Of a stretch of DNA of 64,000 bases, positions 28,142 through 36,275 are shown one piece after another. The notes below the pieces were generated by a model. It saw only the letters and a program-made list of their open reading frames with translations. It was not told the origin of the DNA and ran no database searches. Location of the stretch: IMG/VR virus record IMGVR_UViG_3300009529_000001, positions 45,579 through 109,578 of that record; one strand, 5' to 3'. Origin of the DNA: a virus. Position 1 is the first letter of the stretch; every line of letters starts with the position of its first letter. A program made the position numbers and the translations under genes.

Positions 28142-28555
28142 ATGGCAAAAGCAAAAACGACCGAAACGACCGAAACGACCGAAACGAAAACCGAAAAGCC
28201 AAAGGCCAAATACGAATTTGTACGGGCCGTTGGTATTGCCCTCGGCGGCACAACGCATACTTTGCCCGCAAGCAAGCGCGCGCGTGCCCTGGCGATTGTT
28301 GCGGCCTTTGCCGAAAGGCACAAACGCAAGCCGAACGCCAGCGAGCTAGCGGTTATACTCGGCAACGTTTCGACGATAATGGCGCGCTCGGCTAATTTCG
28401 CCTACGACATTAAAAACCGCGAAAGCGAAATGCGCGCATACGCTCGCTGGTCGTTAAAATCGGGTACGTGCCGCGACGCCGATTTGCAAGCGGCTATGCC
28501 GTGGGCGAGGGCGATTGTAAACGACGGCAAGCCCGTTACCGAAACGAAAAAGTAA
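28142..28555 (+). CDS. basic early protein, paralog of 23939-24304
   Basis: KRARALAIVAAF..KRK..SELAVIL and ESEMRAYARWSL; N-terminal (TET)n repeat; RBS AAGGGG. Confidence 0.75.
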   Translation: MAKAKTTETTETTETKTEKPKAKYEFVRAVGIALGGTTHTLPASKRARALAIVAAFAERHKRKPNASELAVILGNVSTIMARSANFAYDIKNRESEMRAYARWSLKSGTCRDADLQAAMPWARAIVNDGKPVTETKK

Positions 28556-28579
28556 ATGACCGAAACGAAAACCATTAAC

Positions 28580-28610
28580 AACGGGCGCCTACGGGCGCCC
28601 GTTTTTTTTT
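28580..28610 (+). terminator. strong intrinsic terminator
   Basis: AACGGGCGCC-TACG-GGCGCCCGTT followed by a T-tract (UNCG loop). Confidence 0.9.
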
Positions 28611-28621
28611 GTCGATATTAA

Positions 28622-28682
28622 AAAACGAAAACGAAAAACGAAAACGAAAACGAAAAACGAAAACGAAAACGAAAAACGAAAA
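28622..28682 (+). repeat. tandem CGAAAA(A) repeat, about 9 units
   Basis: Read directly. Confidence 0.9.
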
Positions 28683-29026
28683 GTATTAATAACTTTTTTG
28701 CTGCACAAACATTTTAGTAATACCATATTAAAAATAATAATATTAAAACCCCCCCCACATAATAAACAAAATTTTTTTTTATTTTGTATGAGTGTTCCCC
28801 TTTTAGAAACCTCGAGAATTTTTGAACTTTAAAACAGTTAATATCAAAAATTTAGAAATCTCGAATGTCCTGGAAACCTCAAAATATTAATATCAAACTA
28901 TTTCCCGTATATTGAACTCAATCTGCCTCATATGACTGGAATCTGGAAATCAGATCGCTCAAAAAATATAGCACAACTACCTACAGGCGAAAAGGTTTTT
29001 AATAGAATTGACAAAAGAGTTAGTTA

Positions 29027-29494
29027 TTATGTAGCGTCTAAAATATTTTCAAGTTGTTTTTTCAGAGTTTGAAGTTCATTGGGGATATCAGAAGATCGAG
29101 CGGCGGGATGCGTCAGTTGGAAAATACAAAGATCGTCTGGAAAATCTAAAGAATCAAAATTGGGGAAACGATCAAAAGTCTGTATAGCTAAATTGCCAAA
29201 AAGGATAATAACTTGTGGTTTGAATTTATTGATAATTTTCTTAATATGTTTATAATCAGCAGGAAAATGTGACGATGATTTGGAACCTATTTTGGGAGAA
29301 ATGTTTTCCCAATGGATTTGACGAAAAAGATCTTCGCCCAAATATTTAATAAGACGTTTGCCTGTGAAGGATTGGGCTAGGAGTCTTTTTTGAAATTCAA
29401 CCTTATGTCCTCTTTTTTCGGAACGATCAAGAGCTTCTTGGACGCGCTCAGGATTATAGACCCACATGTTTTGAAGGAAGGCGAGGATATTCAA
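29027..29494 (-). CDS. uracil-DNA glycosylase-fold protein
   Basis: LQN, S.TGKRL, PQVIILFGNLA, LTHPAAR motifs. Confidence 0.6.
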   Translation of the reverse strand: MNILAFLQNMWVYNPERVQEALDRSEKRGHKVEFQKRLLAQSFTGKRLIKYLGEDLFRQIHWENISPKIGSKSSSHFPADYKHIKKIINKFKPQVIILFGNLAIQTFDRFPNFDSLDFPDDLCIFQLTHPAARSSDIPNELQTLKKQLENILDAT

Positions 29495-29709
29495 TTTATT
29501 CTACCTTCGTTCTTTAATTGATTTTCGAGAGATTGAATATGACTAATAAGAATATTAGTGATTTCTTGTAATGTATACCAAGTAACCAAACCAAAAGTAT
29601 TTCCTATACTTATCTGATATTCTATGTGAATTTTTATACATGTAAGACAATTATTTTTATCAGGAAAACATTCTCCGTCGTAATCAGGATGATCTGGGCA
29701 ACGTTGCAT
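29491..29709 (-). CDS. hypothetical protein (CPDHPDY..C..C)
   Basis: Coupled ORF. Confidence 0.55.
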   Translation of the reverse strand: MQRCPDHPDYDGECFPDKNNCLTCIKIHIEYQISIGNTFGLVTWYTLQEITNILISHIQSLENQLKNEGRIN

Positions 29710-29711
29710 AG

Positions 29712-30128
29712 TTAATCCTTATTGAACCTTTCCCATAAACCATATTTGTTTAAATTTTCAATAAAAGGACGTAATGCTTCTTTTTGTCTTTGGACTTTTT
29801 CTTGATATTCTATTAGAAGTTTTCTGATCTTTGGAGTATCGGGGTATAGATCAATATTGCCAATTTCAAAAGAACATATATGTTCTGATTGGTTAATAAA
29901 CATATCAGGATACATAATAGATTCTAATCCTTTAATATATTCTGCAATTATGGTAATTACTAAGGGATAATGGGGAGAGTCTTTATGTTCTTTTTCGCTA
30001 TCAATAGAAACGTATGCATCTATAACTTTATAAAGAGAAAATTTGTCACCCTTTCTATCCGAACACCATACATTCGTAGGGATTTTATATTTTTTTCTAT
30101 CTAATTTTCTATGGAATTTAAGTTGCAT
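29712..30128 (-). CDS. hypothetical protein
   Basis: RBS AGGAG. Confidence 0.6.
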   Translation of the reverse strand: MQLKFHRKLDRKKYKIPTNVWCSDRKGDKFSLYKVIDAYVSIDSEKEHKDSPHYPLVITIIAEYIKGLESIMYPDMFINQSEHICSFEIGNIDLYPDTPKIRKLLIEYQEKVQRQKEALRPFIENLNKYGLWERFNKD

Positions 30129-30137
30129 AACAATCTC

Positions 30138-30653
30138 CTATTCAGTGTAAACATAAGGATCTTTGGTCATCTCATACAAAGTATTTTCTATATTATACTT
30201 TTGTTCTTGAAGAGCTAATAGTTCTCTTTCTGTAAGACTTTTATTACTTGACTTTTCTTCGACAGGAAGTTCTAATAATTTTTCGATTTGTTTCAATCTA
30301 TAATGTAGTCTATCAAATTCTTGAGTTTTTTCATGGAGTTTTTTAGCATGTTCTTCTTTGGGAAGATATTTATAGACTCTTTTGAATTTTTGTACACCAT
30401 TTAGTTCTCCCAATGATACACAATATTCTTCAGGATCTAATTCAAAAACGGCTTGTGGAATATTTACATCAGTTGCTATTGTAGATTTAACTGTAAACAT
30501 ATCAGGATCCCGTAAAGGTATAGCAACATGGACATTTGGTGAATCAAACAATGGTTTATCGACACATAAACCTAGTATAACTTTTCTAATATCTATGGAC
30601 ATAAGTTTTTCCCAAAAATATTTTCCCATTGTCTGTTCTACCATTGACTTCAC
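30138..30653 (-). CDS. hypothetical protein
   Basis: Operon ORF; start uncertain. Confidence 0.55.
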   Translation of the reverse strand: MKSMVEQTMGKYFWEKLMSIDIRKVILGLCVDKPLFDSPNVHVAIPLRDPDMFTVKSTIATDVNIPQAVFELDPEEYCVSLGELNGVQKFKRVYKYLPKEEHAKKLHEKTQEFDRLHYRLKQIEKLLELPVEEKSSNKSLTERELLALQEQKYNIENTLYEMTKDPYVYTE

Positions 30654-30680
30654 AAATTTTGATAGCCATCTTCCCCTCCG

Positions 30681-31193
30681 CTATTTCCAATGAACAAGCC
30701 TAGTATCCAGCCACGCTATTATTTCTTCCCTCGGAACTTTTGATCCGATTGGATATCTCTCTTGCGCCTCGTCGAGCAGGCGAGTAAAAACGTCTCGCTT
30801 TAGGTGTTTGTTCTCGGCCTCAAGCCCAGAAACTACTATCCTGACGGCATCCAGCGGCATTCCGTATTCCTCGGGAAGTGCGGGACATTTCTCCCGGAGG
30901 TACTTTTCGATAGCTTTGTTTGAATCTACGGCCACGCTCTGCCACGCCTCAAGCTCGGCGATGCGCAGGCTCCGCTCAAAGGCTGACGTGTCGGCCTCGG
31001 TAAGCCGACTGCGCTCGGCGCGGATAAGCTCGACGACAGCCTCGACCGCACCCTGTCCCGGTTCGCCATCGTCATCCCACTGACGCCAGAATTCCCTCGC
31101 CCTCTCTTCCGCGTCGTCAGCTTGTTTCCTATGTGCAGGACATGTACGAGCGTCGCCAGTGCAATTTGGATCTTTTCTTGCTGGATCAATCAT
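30681..31193 (-). CDS. hypothetical protein with GC-rich core
   Basis: ATGA overlap with upstream gene; composition shift at ~30760-31130. Confidence 0.55.
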   Translation of the reverse strand: MIDPARKDPNCTGDARTCPAHRKQADDAEERAREFWRQWDDDGEPGQGAVEAVVELIRAERSRLTEADTSAFERSLRIAELEAWQSVAVDSNKAIEKYLREKCPALPEEYGMPLDAVRIVVSGLEAENKHLKRDVFTRLLDEAQERYPIGSKVPREEIIAWLDTRLVHWK

Positions 31194-31375
31194 GGCCTTA
31201 ATTCCTTAGGAAGAGGACCGATATAACCTTTTGTAAAGATCCATTTTGTGGACCATTCTTCACCATCTTCACTAGATTCCACAATAACAATACGATTGAG
31301 TTTTCGCATTTTTTCCGAAAACTTTTTAATATCTTCAGGAAGCGGATATTCAGGTGGAAGATTTAGATACTCCAT
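31190..31375 (-). CDS. hypothetical protein
   Basis: RBS AAGGAG. Confidence 0.55.
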   Translation of the reverse strand: MEYLNLPPEYPLPEDIKKFSEKMRKLNRIVIVESSEDGEEWSTKWIFTKGYIGPLPKELRP

Positions 31376-31399
31376 TGTATATCTCCTTAAAGAATAAAT

Positions 31400-31543
31400 G
31401 CCCTGATGGTCACGTTACATTTTAAAGATGCTCAGGGCCGGACACCCCTGGAGACAATGTGCATCCATTTGCGCCCACTTCTTTCTGTCATCTGGATGCA
31501 AACGCACGTGACCTCCACGCCAATGGCGAAAATGACAGAAAAT
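31400..31543 (-). ncRNA. candidate structured RNA with two pseudoknots
   Basis: Four perfect 7-10 bp complementary pairs in an interleaved arrangement within a GC-richer intergenic region. Confidence 0.5.
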
Positions 31544-31555
31544 ACGTTATAGCTA

Positions 31556-31612
31556 CCATACTTACCCCTACCTCACTTGTTTTTGATCGTCCTCTGTCTA
31601 TCTGAGCGATCC
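31556..31612 (-). promoter_or_regulatory. copy 3 of dispersed intergenic element
   Basis: Minus strand GGATCGCT-N12-GGACGATCAAAAACAAGTGAGGTA..GTATGG, closely matching 8117-8173. Confidence 0.55.
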
Positions 31613-31692
31613 ATTTTTAAGCCCTTACTGTTACTATAGTTAATATAACATCCATGGGTTCAAATAGCAAATCCTATTAAAAATTAATTGAT

Positions 31693-32136
31693 TTATCTAT
31701 TTTGCAATTCTTTTCTTACTTGCATAAGAATTTTGCCTAGTTTATTTTTTCCTACCCATTTACCATCAGCTCTACATTTTCCCCAATATTCATCACCCCA
31801 ACGATTTCCTTCAATAAGTTTTGCATTTCCAGTATCAATGAGTTTTTTAGCTAAATCGGAATTTTGGAAAAACTTTGCTTTAACTGTTTTATACATGATT
31901 TTATCTTTAACATCATCCCAATCTTTGCGTAATTTAAGTTTTTTTCCTAAACGTTTTGCTTGGATAAAATTTTCACACTTACGAATTTCTTTACGAAGTT
32001 TTTTCTTTTTAGTTTTATGAGCTTGATAGTAATGTTCAACAGAACGCCATTTTTTTTCAGCAATTATAAATGACGCCATATAAAAATTACTAAGGAATCC
32101 ATAACCTCTTCTAAAAGAAAAAATCTTTTTAGCCAT
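31693..32136 (-). CDS. NADAR/YbiA family hydrolase
   Basis: FLSNFY, SVEHYYQAHK, KFFQN, LIEGNRWGDEYWG, GKNKLGKILMQVR. Confidence 0.9.
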   Translation of the reverse strand: MAKKIFSFRRGYGFLSNFYMASFIIAEKKWRSVEHYYQAHKTKKKKLRKEIRKCENFIQAKRLGKKLKLRKDWDDVKDKIMYKTVKAKFFQNSDLAKKLIDTGNAKLIEGNRWGDEYWGKCRADGKWVGKNKLGKILMQVRKELQNR

Positions 32137-32344
32137 TAGATATTACCTTTTCTATAATTTCTGTAGAAGTATCATTCTCCCAATGGAGAATCAATAAATT
32201 ATCTATTTTCTTTTTAGGATTTTTTAATCTAATAGCATTTTTGAAAATTTTATCAATTATCAAAATATCGCCAGAATGAGCAAAATCTCCTATTCTGTAT
32301 TTTGCTTTGACTCTATCACCAACTTTTATATTAATAGATTTCAT
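32129..32344 (-). CDS. hypothetical SH3-like protein
   Basis: IKVGDRV; coupled. Confidence 0.5.
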   Translation of the reverse strand: MKSINIKVGDRVKAKYRIGDFAHSGDILIIDKIFKNAIRLKNPKKKIDNLLILHWENDTSTEIIEKVISNG

Positions 32345-32526
32345 TTGAGTATTTCTAATGCAATTTGTTCGATAAGATCTTCGTTTGAAATTTTGCCGAA
32401 TTTTTCGAGATCAAGAACAATACGTTTAGGATGCATACCTATGACAAAACGTTGTGCGTGAAGTTCTTCGCTCCATGAAATATTGTGTTTTTCACAATAT
32501 TTTTTGATTATTGTAGGATTAGCCAT
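32341..32526 (-). CDS. hypothetical protein
   Basis: RBS AGGAGG; promoter-like TTTACT-17-TATTAT upstream. Confidence 0.55.
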   Translation of the reverse strand: MANPTIIKKYCEKHNISWSEELHAQRFVIGMHPKRIVLDLEKFGKISNEDLIEQIALEILK

Positions 32527-32616
32527 GTTTTCCTCCTATGTTTGTTGTACTTATAATACCATTAAAAAGCCATCAAGTAAAGGGTAAAGGATATTCCTTT
32601 TGCGTTATTCAGAATT

Positions 32617-33315
32617 ATGAAATTTTCTATTTTAATGGCAAATTATAATGGTGCAGAATTTATTGAACAAGCGATACAGTCTGTTTTAAATCAAACTTAT
32701 AAGAATTGGGAATTAATAATTGTTGACGATGCATCGACAGATGGTTCTATTGATATTATATCCAAAATAAAAGATTCAAGAATTTTATTAATTAAACGTG
32801 ATACAAATTATGGTTATGGAAGAAGTTTACAGATTGCGGCTGCAAATGTAACAGGTGATATAATCGGGATATTAGACAGTGATGATGCTTTAAGATTTGA
32901 TACTTTGAAAATAATGAAAAAAGCTTATGAAGAGAATCTTGACTGTGGATTAATTTATAGTCAACATTTTGTGTGCGATGAAAATCTTGACATAATATCC
33001 AGAGAAGGCAAATGCGGAGAATTACCTGAAAATATGACTTATCTGGATGTTTTGCAAGATAAATCTCAAAGAACAAGAGTTAGCCATTTTAAAACATTTA
33101 GAAAATCTGTTTACAGAAAGACTGAAGGATTTACAGATCATAGAAGGGCAGTTGATAAAGATATTATTTTGAAACTTGAAGAAGTTACCAAATTAGAATT
33201 TATAGATCTTTGTTTATATTATTATCGGAAACATTCTAAAGGAATTTCTATAAATCCAAGTTCTATTTATAATCAATTTGCAATAGATGATGCTAAAGAA
33301 AGACGTGGTCTATGA
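32617..33315 (+). CDS. glycosyltransferase family 2
   Basis: SILMANYN, IIVDDASTDGS, LDSDD, YYYRKH. Confidence 0.9.
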   Translation: MKFSILMANYNGAEFIEQAIQSVLNQTYKNWELIIVDDASTDGSIDIISKIKDSRILLIKRDTNYGYGRSLQIAAANVTGDIIGILDSDDALRFDTLKIMKKAYEENLDCGLIYSQHFVCDENLDIISREGKCGELPENMTYLDVLQDKSQRTRVSHFKTFRKSVYRKTEGFTDHRRAVDKDIILKLEEVTKLEFIDLCLYYYRKHSKGISINPSSIYNQFAIDDAKERRGL

Positions 33316-34250
33316 AAGTTCTTTTTCCTCCTTTAAAACGCTGGTCTGAAATTAAGACAGGAAAAGGATTTTTTCTGCATAGATTAGTGCAGGCTATAAC
33401 TGACTTTGATATTAAATTTGTAGATAATATCAAAGAAGCTGATTTGGTTTTTTCTCTGTTTAAATCTCATCCACAAGGTTATGGTCCTAAAACTATAGCT
33501 AGAATAGATGGTATGTATTATGAACAAGAAAAAGATCCAAGAAATAAATCAATAGGAAAACATCTTGAGAAATGCGATGGGATTATTTATCAAAGTAATT
33601 TTTCTAGAAAATGCTCTGAAAGATTTTTAAAAAAATACTTTAATTTTAAGAACAGTGTCAAAGAAACTGTTATATTAAATGGATGCGATATATCTTTTTA
33701 TGATAAAATAAAACCAAGGAAAAGCAAATTTGGATATAATATATTTTGTTCTTCTCGTTGGAGAAAAGGGAAAAGATTAAAAGAAATAATAGAATTAGTT
33801 TTAAGTCTTCCTAATACTGCTTTATGGATTGCTGGAGAACCTGATTGCAGAATAAAAAATAAACGTATTAAATATTTTGGAAGAATGACACAAGAAAAAA
33901 TGTCAGAAATTATAAAGATGTGTGACGCATGTATCCATCTTTGTTCACATGATTCTTGTCCCAATGGAATAGTAGAAGCAATAGGTGCCGGTACTCCTGT
34001 TTTGTGTTTGAATAATGGCGGTACTCCTGAAATTGTTGGGGAAAATGGTGTAATTTCTAAAGCAGAAATTCCATATAATTTTGAACCTTGCGATGTTCAA
34101 AATCTTCCAAAGCCTAATATGGATGTATTAAAAAAAGACTTGATAGAATTATTATTAAATGTTCCAATAAAGATAGATAGATATTCTGTAGACATAAAGA
34201 AAACTGCAAAACAGTATTATGATTTTTTCTTGGAGGTTTTGAATGCCTAA
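33312..34250 (+). CDS. glycosyltransferase family 4
   Basis: DSCPNGIVEAIGAGTPV..NNGGTPEIV. Confidence 0.85.
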   Translation: MKVLFPPLKRWSEIKTGKGFFLHRLVQAITDFDIKFVDNIKEADLVFSLFKSHPQGYGPKTIARIDGMYYEQEKDPRNKSIGKHLEKCDGIIYQSNFSRKCSERFLKKYFNFKNSVKETVILNGCDISFYDKIKPRKSKFGYNIFCSSRWRKGKRLKEIIELVLSLPNTALWIAGEPDCRIKNKRIKYFGRMTQEKMSEIIKMCDACIHLCSHDSCPNGIVEAIGAGTPVLCLNNGGTPEIVGENGVISKAEIPYNFEPCDVQNLPKPNMDVLKKDLIELLLNVPIKIDRYSVDIKKTAKQYYDFFLEVLNA

Positions 34251-34818
34251 AGTTTTAATTGATTGTGGAGCACATAATGGTAATATCCTTGAATTGCTTA
34301 TAGAAAAACTTGGACCTTTTGATAGAATATATGCTTTTGAATGCAATCCGGAATTTAAGAAGTATCCTCCCAATGTAACTTATATGCAAGCCGCTGTATG
34401 GACTAAAAATGGAGAAATAGATTTTTATCTTTCTCCATTAGGAACAAAACCTTCTTCTTTATTAAAAGAAAAAACTACTGGAAAATTAGATATTGAACAT
34501 CCTATAAAAGTTCGATGTATTGACTTTAGTCAATGGTTGAAAAATACAATTACAAAATATGATCATGTAACTATGAAAATGAATATTGAAGGTGCGGAGT
34601 ATGATGTACTTGAAAAATTGATAAAAGATGAAACTATAAAATTGATTGATGCTCTTTATGTTTCTTTCCATAGATCAAAATTGGATTTACCTGATCTTTT
34701 AAAACGAGAAAACAGTATTAAGACAGCATTGACATTCAGGAATATATCTATTTCGGATTGGGGAGATCTTTTAAGAGGATGGATTCGTGAACGAAAAACT
34801 AAAAAAGCAAATTCTTAA
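34243..34818 (+). CDS. FkbM-family methyltransferase
   Basis: IDCGAHNG, AFECNP, KMNIEGAEYDVL. Confidence 0.85.
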   Translation: MPKVLIDCGAHNGNILELLIEKLGPFDRIYAFECNPEFKKYPPNVTYMQAAVWTKNGEIDFYLSPLGTKPSSLLKEKTTGKLDIEHPIKVRCIDFSQWLKNTITKYDHVTMKMNIEGAEYDVLEKLIKDETIKLIDALYVSFHRSKLDLPDLLKRENSIKTALTFRNISISDWGDLLRGWIRERKTKKANS

Positions 34819-35386
34819 GAATACACAGTGGCCCATCGGTAAGCGTGATAAACAATATCAATCCATTGAAGAAATGTCTGGGATTAGAGATATGGAACAT
34901 AGATATGGAATTATGCGTTTACCAAGAGATTTTGGAAATAAAAATGTTTTGGATTTAGGATGTAATTTAGGCACAGTTTGCGTTTATTCTAAAAAAGCTA
35001 ACGCTAATAGAGTTGTTGGAATTGATTATAAAACAAAAACTATTGATACTGCAAAAGATTATGTTTTGGAGTTAGGATTAGCTATAGGTTATTATACATT
35101 TGATATTAATCAAGGATTAGAAGAATTAAAGGATCTTATTGGTGATGAAAAATTTCATTATGTGTTTGCTCTTTCTATATGGAATCATGTTGAACATAAA
35201 AAAATATTTGAAATTATCAATTATTTTTGTAAAGAATTTTGTTGGTTTGAAGGTCATGCAAAAGATGATTCTGCGACAATGCATAAAATCCTCAAGGATA
35301 ATCTTGACCACAAAATGGTTGAATTTCTTGGATTTACTACGGATAGAAATCAAAGACCAAATTTTTTGATAGAGAAAGTATTTTAA
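34787..35386 (+). CDS. class I SAM-dependent methyltransferase
   Basis: VLDLGCNLG, VVGID. Confidence 0.8.
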   Translation: MNEKLKKQILKNTQWPIGKRDKQYQSIEEMSGIRDMEHRYGIMRLPRDFGNKNVLDLGCNLGTVCVYSKKANANRVVGIDYKTKTIDTAKDYVLELGLAIGYYTFDINQGLEELKDLIGDEKFHYVFALSIWNHVEHKKIFEIINYFCKEFCWFEGHAKDDSATMHKILKDNLDHKMVEFLGFTTDRNQRPNFLIEKVF

Positions 35387-35910
35387 TGAAATCTTTTGTT
35401 TTAGATGTTATAGATAGAAAAAATATAAAAATAGATGATATAGTTTATAATGATCTTTGCATAGGGAAATGGTCCGTATACTTACAGTATGGGAAACATG
35501 GTTATAAATTTTTTCTTTATCCTTTAAAGCAAGATGGAAAATGTATTTTTGATATAGATTTACTTGAGACATGTTCTCTAAAAAAGATTGAAGAATTGGC
35601 AGAGATTTATGAGATATTATCAAGTTACAATTTAGCTCCTAAATTGAAAGAAATATTTTCTTTTTCTTTTAGAAACAAAAAAGGATATGGATTAAAAGTC
35701 GAACACATTATTCTAAATGAAAAAGTTTTATCATGGAAAGCAAAGGGTGATTATCTGAAATATTTACGAGACATTTGTATAAAACATAAAATTGTAAGAT
35801 GGGGAACCATCGAAAATCTTATATGGGAATCGAGCAAATCAGGAAATTACATTTACAGTGAAAACGGATTTAAAGTTGTAGATATTGATCCAAGATGGGA
35901 GATAAAATGA
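35386..35910 (+). CDS. kinase-like (PKL fold) protein
   Basis: GYKFF, LAPKL, GN...VVDID; catalytic loop atypical. Confidence 0.45.
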   Translation: MKSFVLDVIDRKNIKIDDIVYNDLCIGKWSVYLQYGKHGYKFFLYPLKQDGKCIFDIDLLETCSLKKIEELAEIYEILSSYNLAPKLKEIFSFSFRNKKGYGLKVEHIILNEKVLSWKAKGDYLKYLRDICIKHKIVRWGTIENLIWESSKSGNYIYSENGFKVVDIDPRWEIK

Positions 35911-36275
35911 CTGATTACGCTAAAGAGATTAAAACAATTTTTTGTGATATTGATGGTGTAATTTTTAAACATTGTGGAGATTTGACTATTACTTATGATC
36001 AAGGCGGAAAACTTTTACTCGGAGTTACAGACAAATTTAAAGAATGGGCTTTTAAAGGATATAAGATTATTCTTATAACGGGTAGACCTGAAAGTATGCG
36101 AGAATTTACTAAAAAACAATTAGAAAACGCAGGATTATTTTATGATCAACTTATTATGGGATTACCACGTGGGGAACGTGTTGTAATTAATGATCGAAAA
36201 CCAAATTCACATATTCCAACTACAAAAGCAATTGATTTAGAACGTAATAAAGGATTAGAAAATGTTGACATCTAA
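35907..36275 (+). CDS. HAD-family phosphatase
   Basis: FCDIDGV, ITGR, YDQLIMG, INDRKP. Confidence 0.8.
   Translation: MTDYAKEIKTIFCDIDGVIFKHCGDLTITYDQGGKLLLGVTDKFKEWAFKGYKIILITGRPESMREFTKKQLENAGLFYDQLIMGLPRGERVVINDRKPNSHIPTTKAIDLERNKGLENVDI

Larger units (their letters stand above)
27521..28788. other. GA/TC-depleted island (GA only as CGA, TC only as TCG)
   Basis: Line-by-line reading found one exception (TGA at 28557). Confidence 0.9.

Noticed and set aside
27676-28365. Minus-strand ORFs in the island
   Set aside because: Absence of TCA removes minus-strand TGA stops; promoter, RBS, terminator and paralogy all support the plus strand.
27521-28788. Island explained by high GC, codon bias or avoidance of one restriction site
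   Set aside because: Other GC-rich genes (21607, 23939, 60679) contain many GA/TC, the rule also covers AT-rich non-coding DNA, and it is far broader than a single 4-6 bp site.
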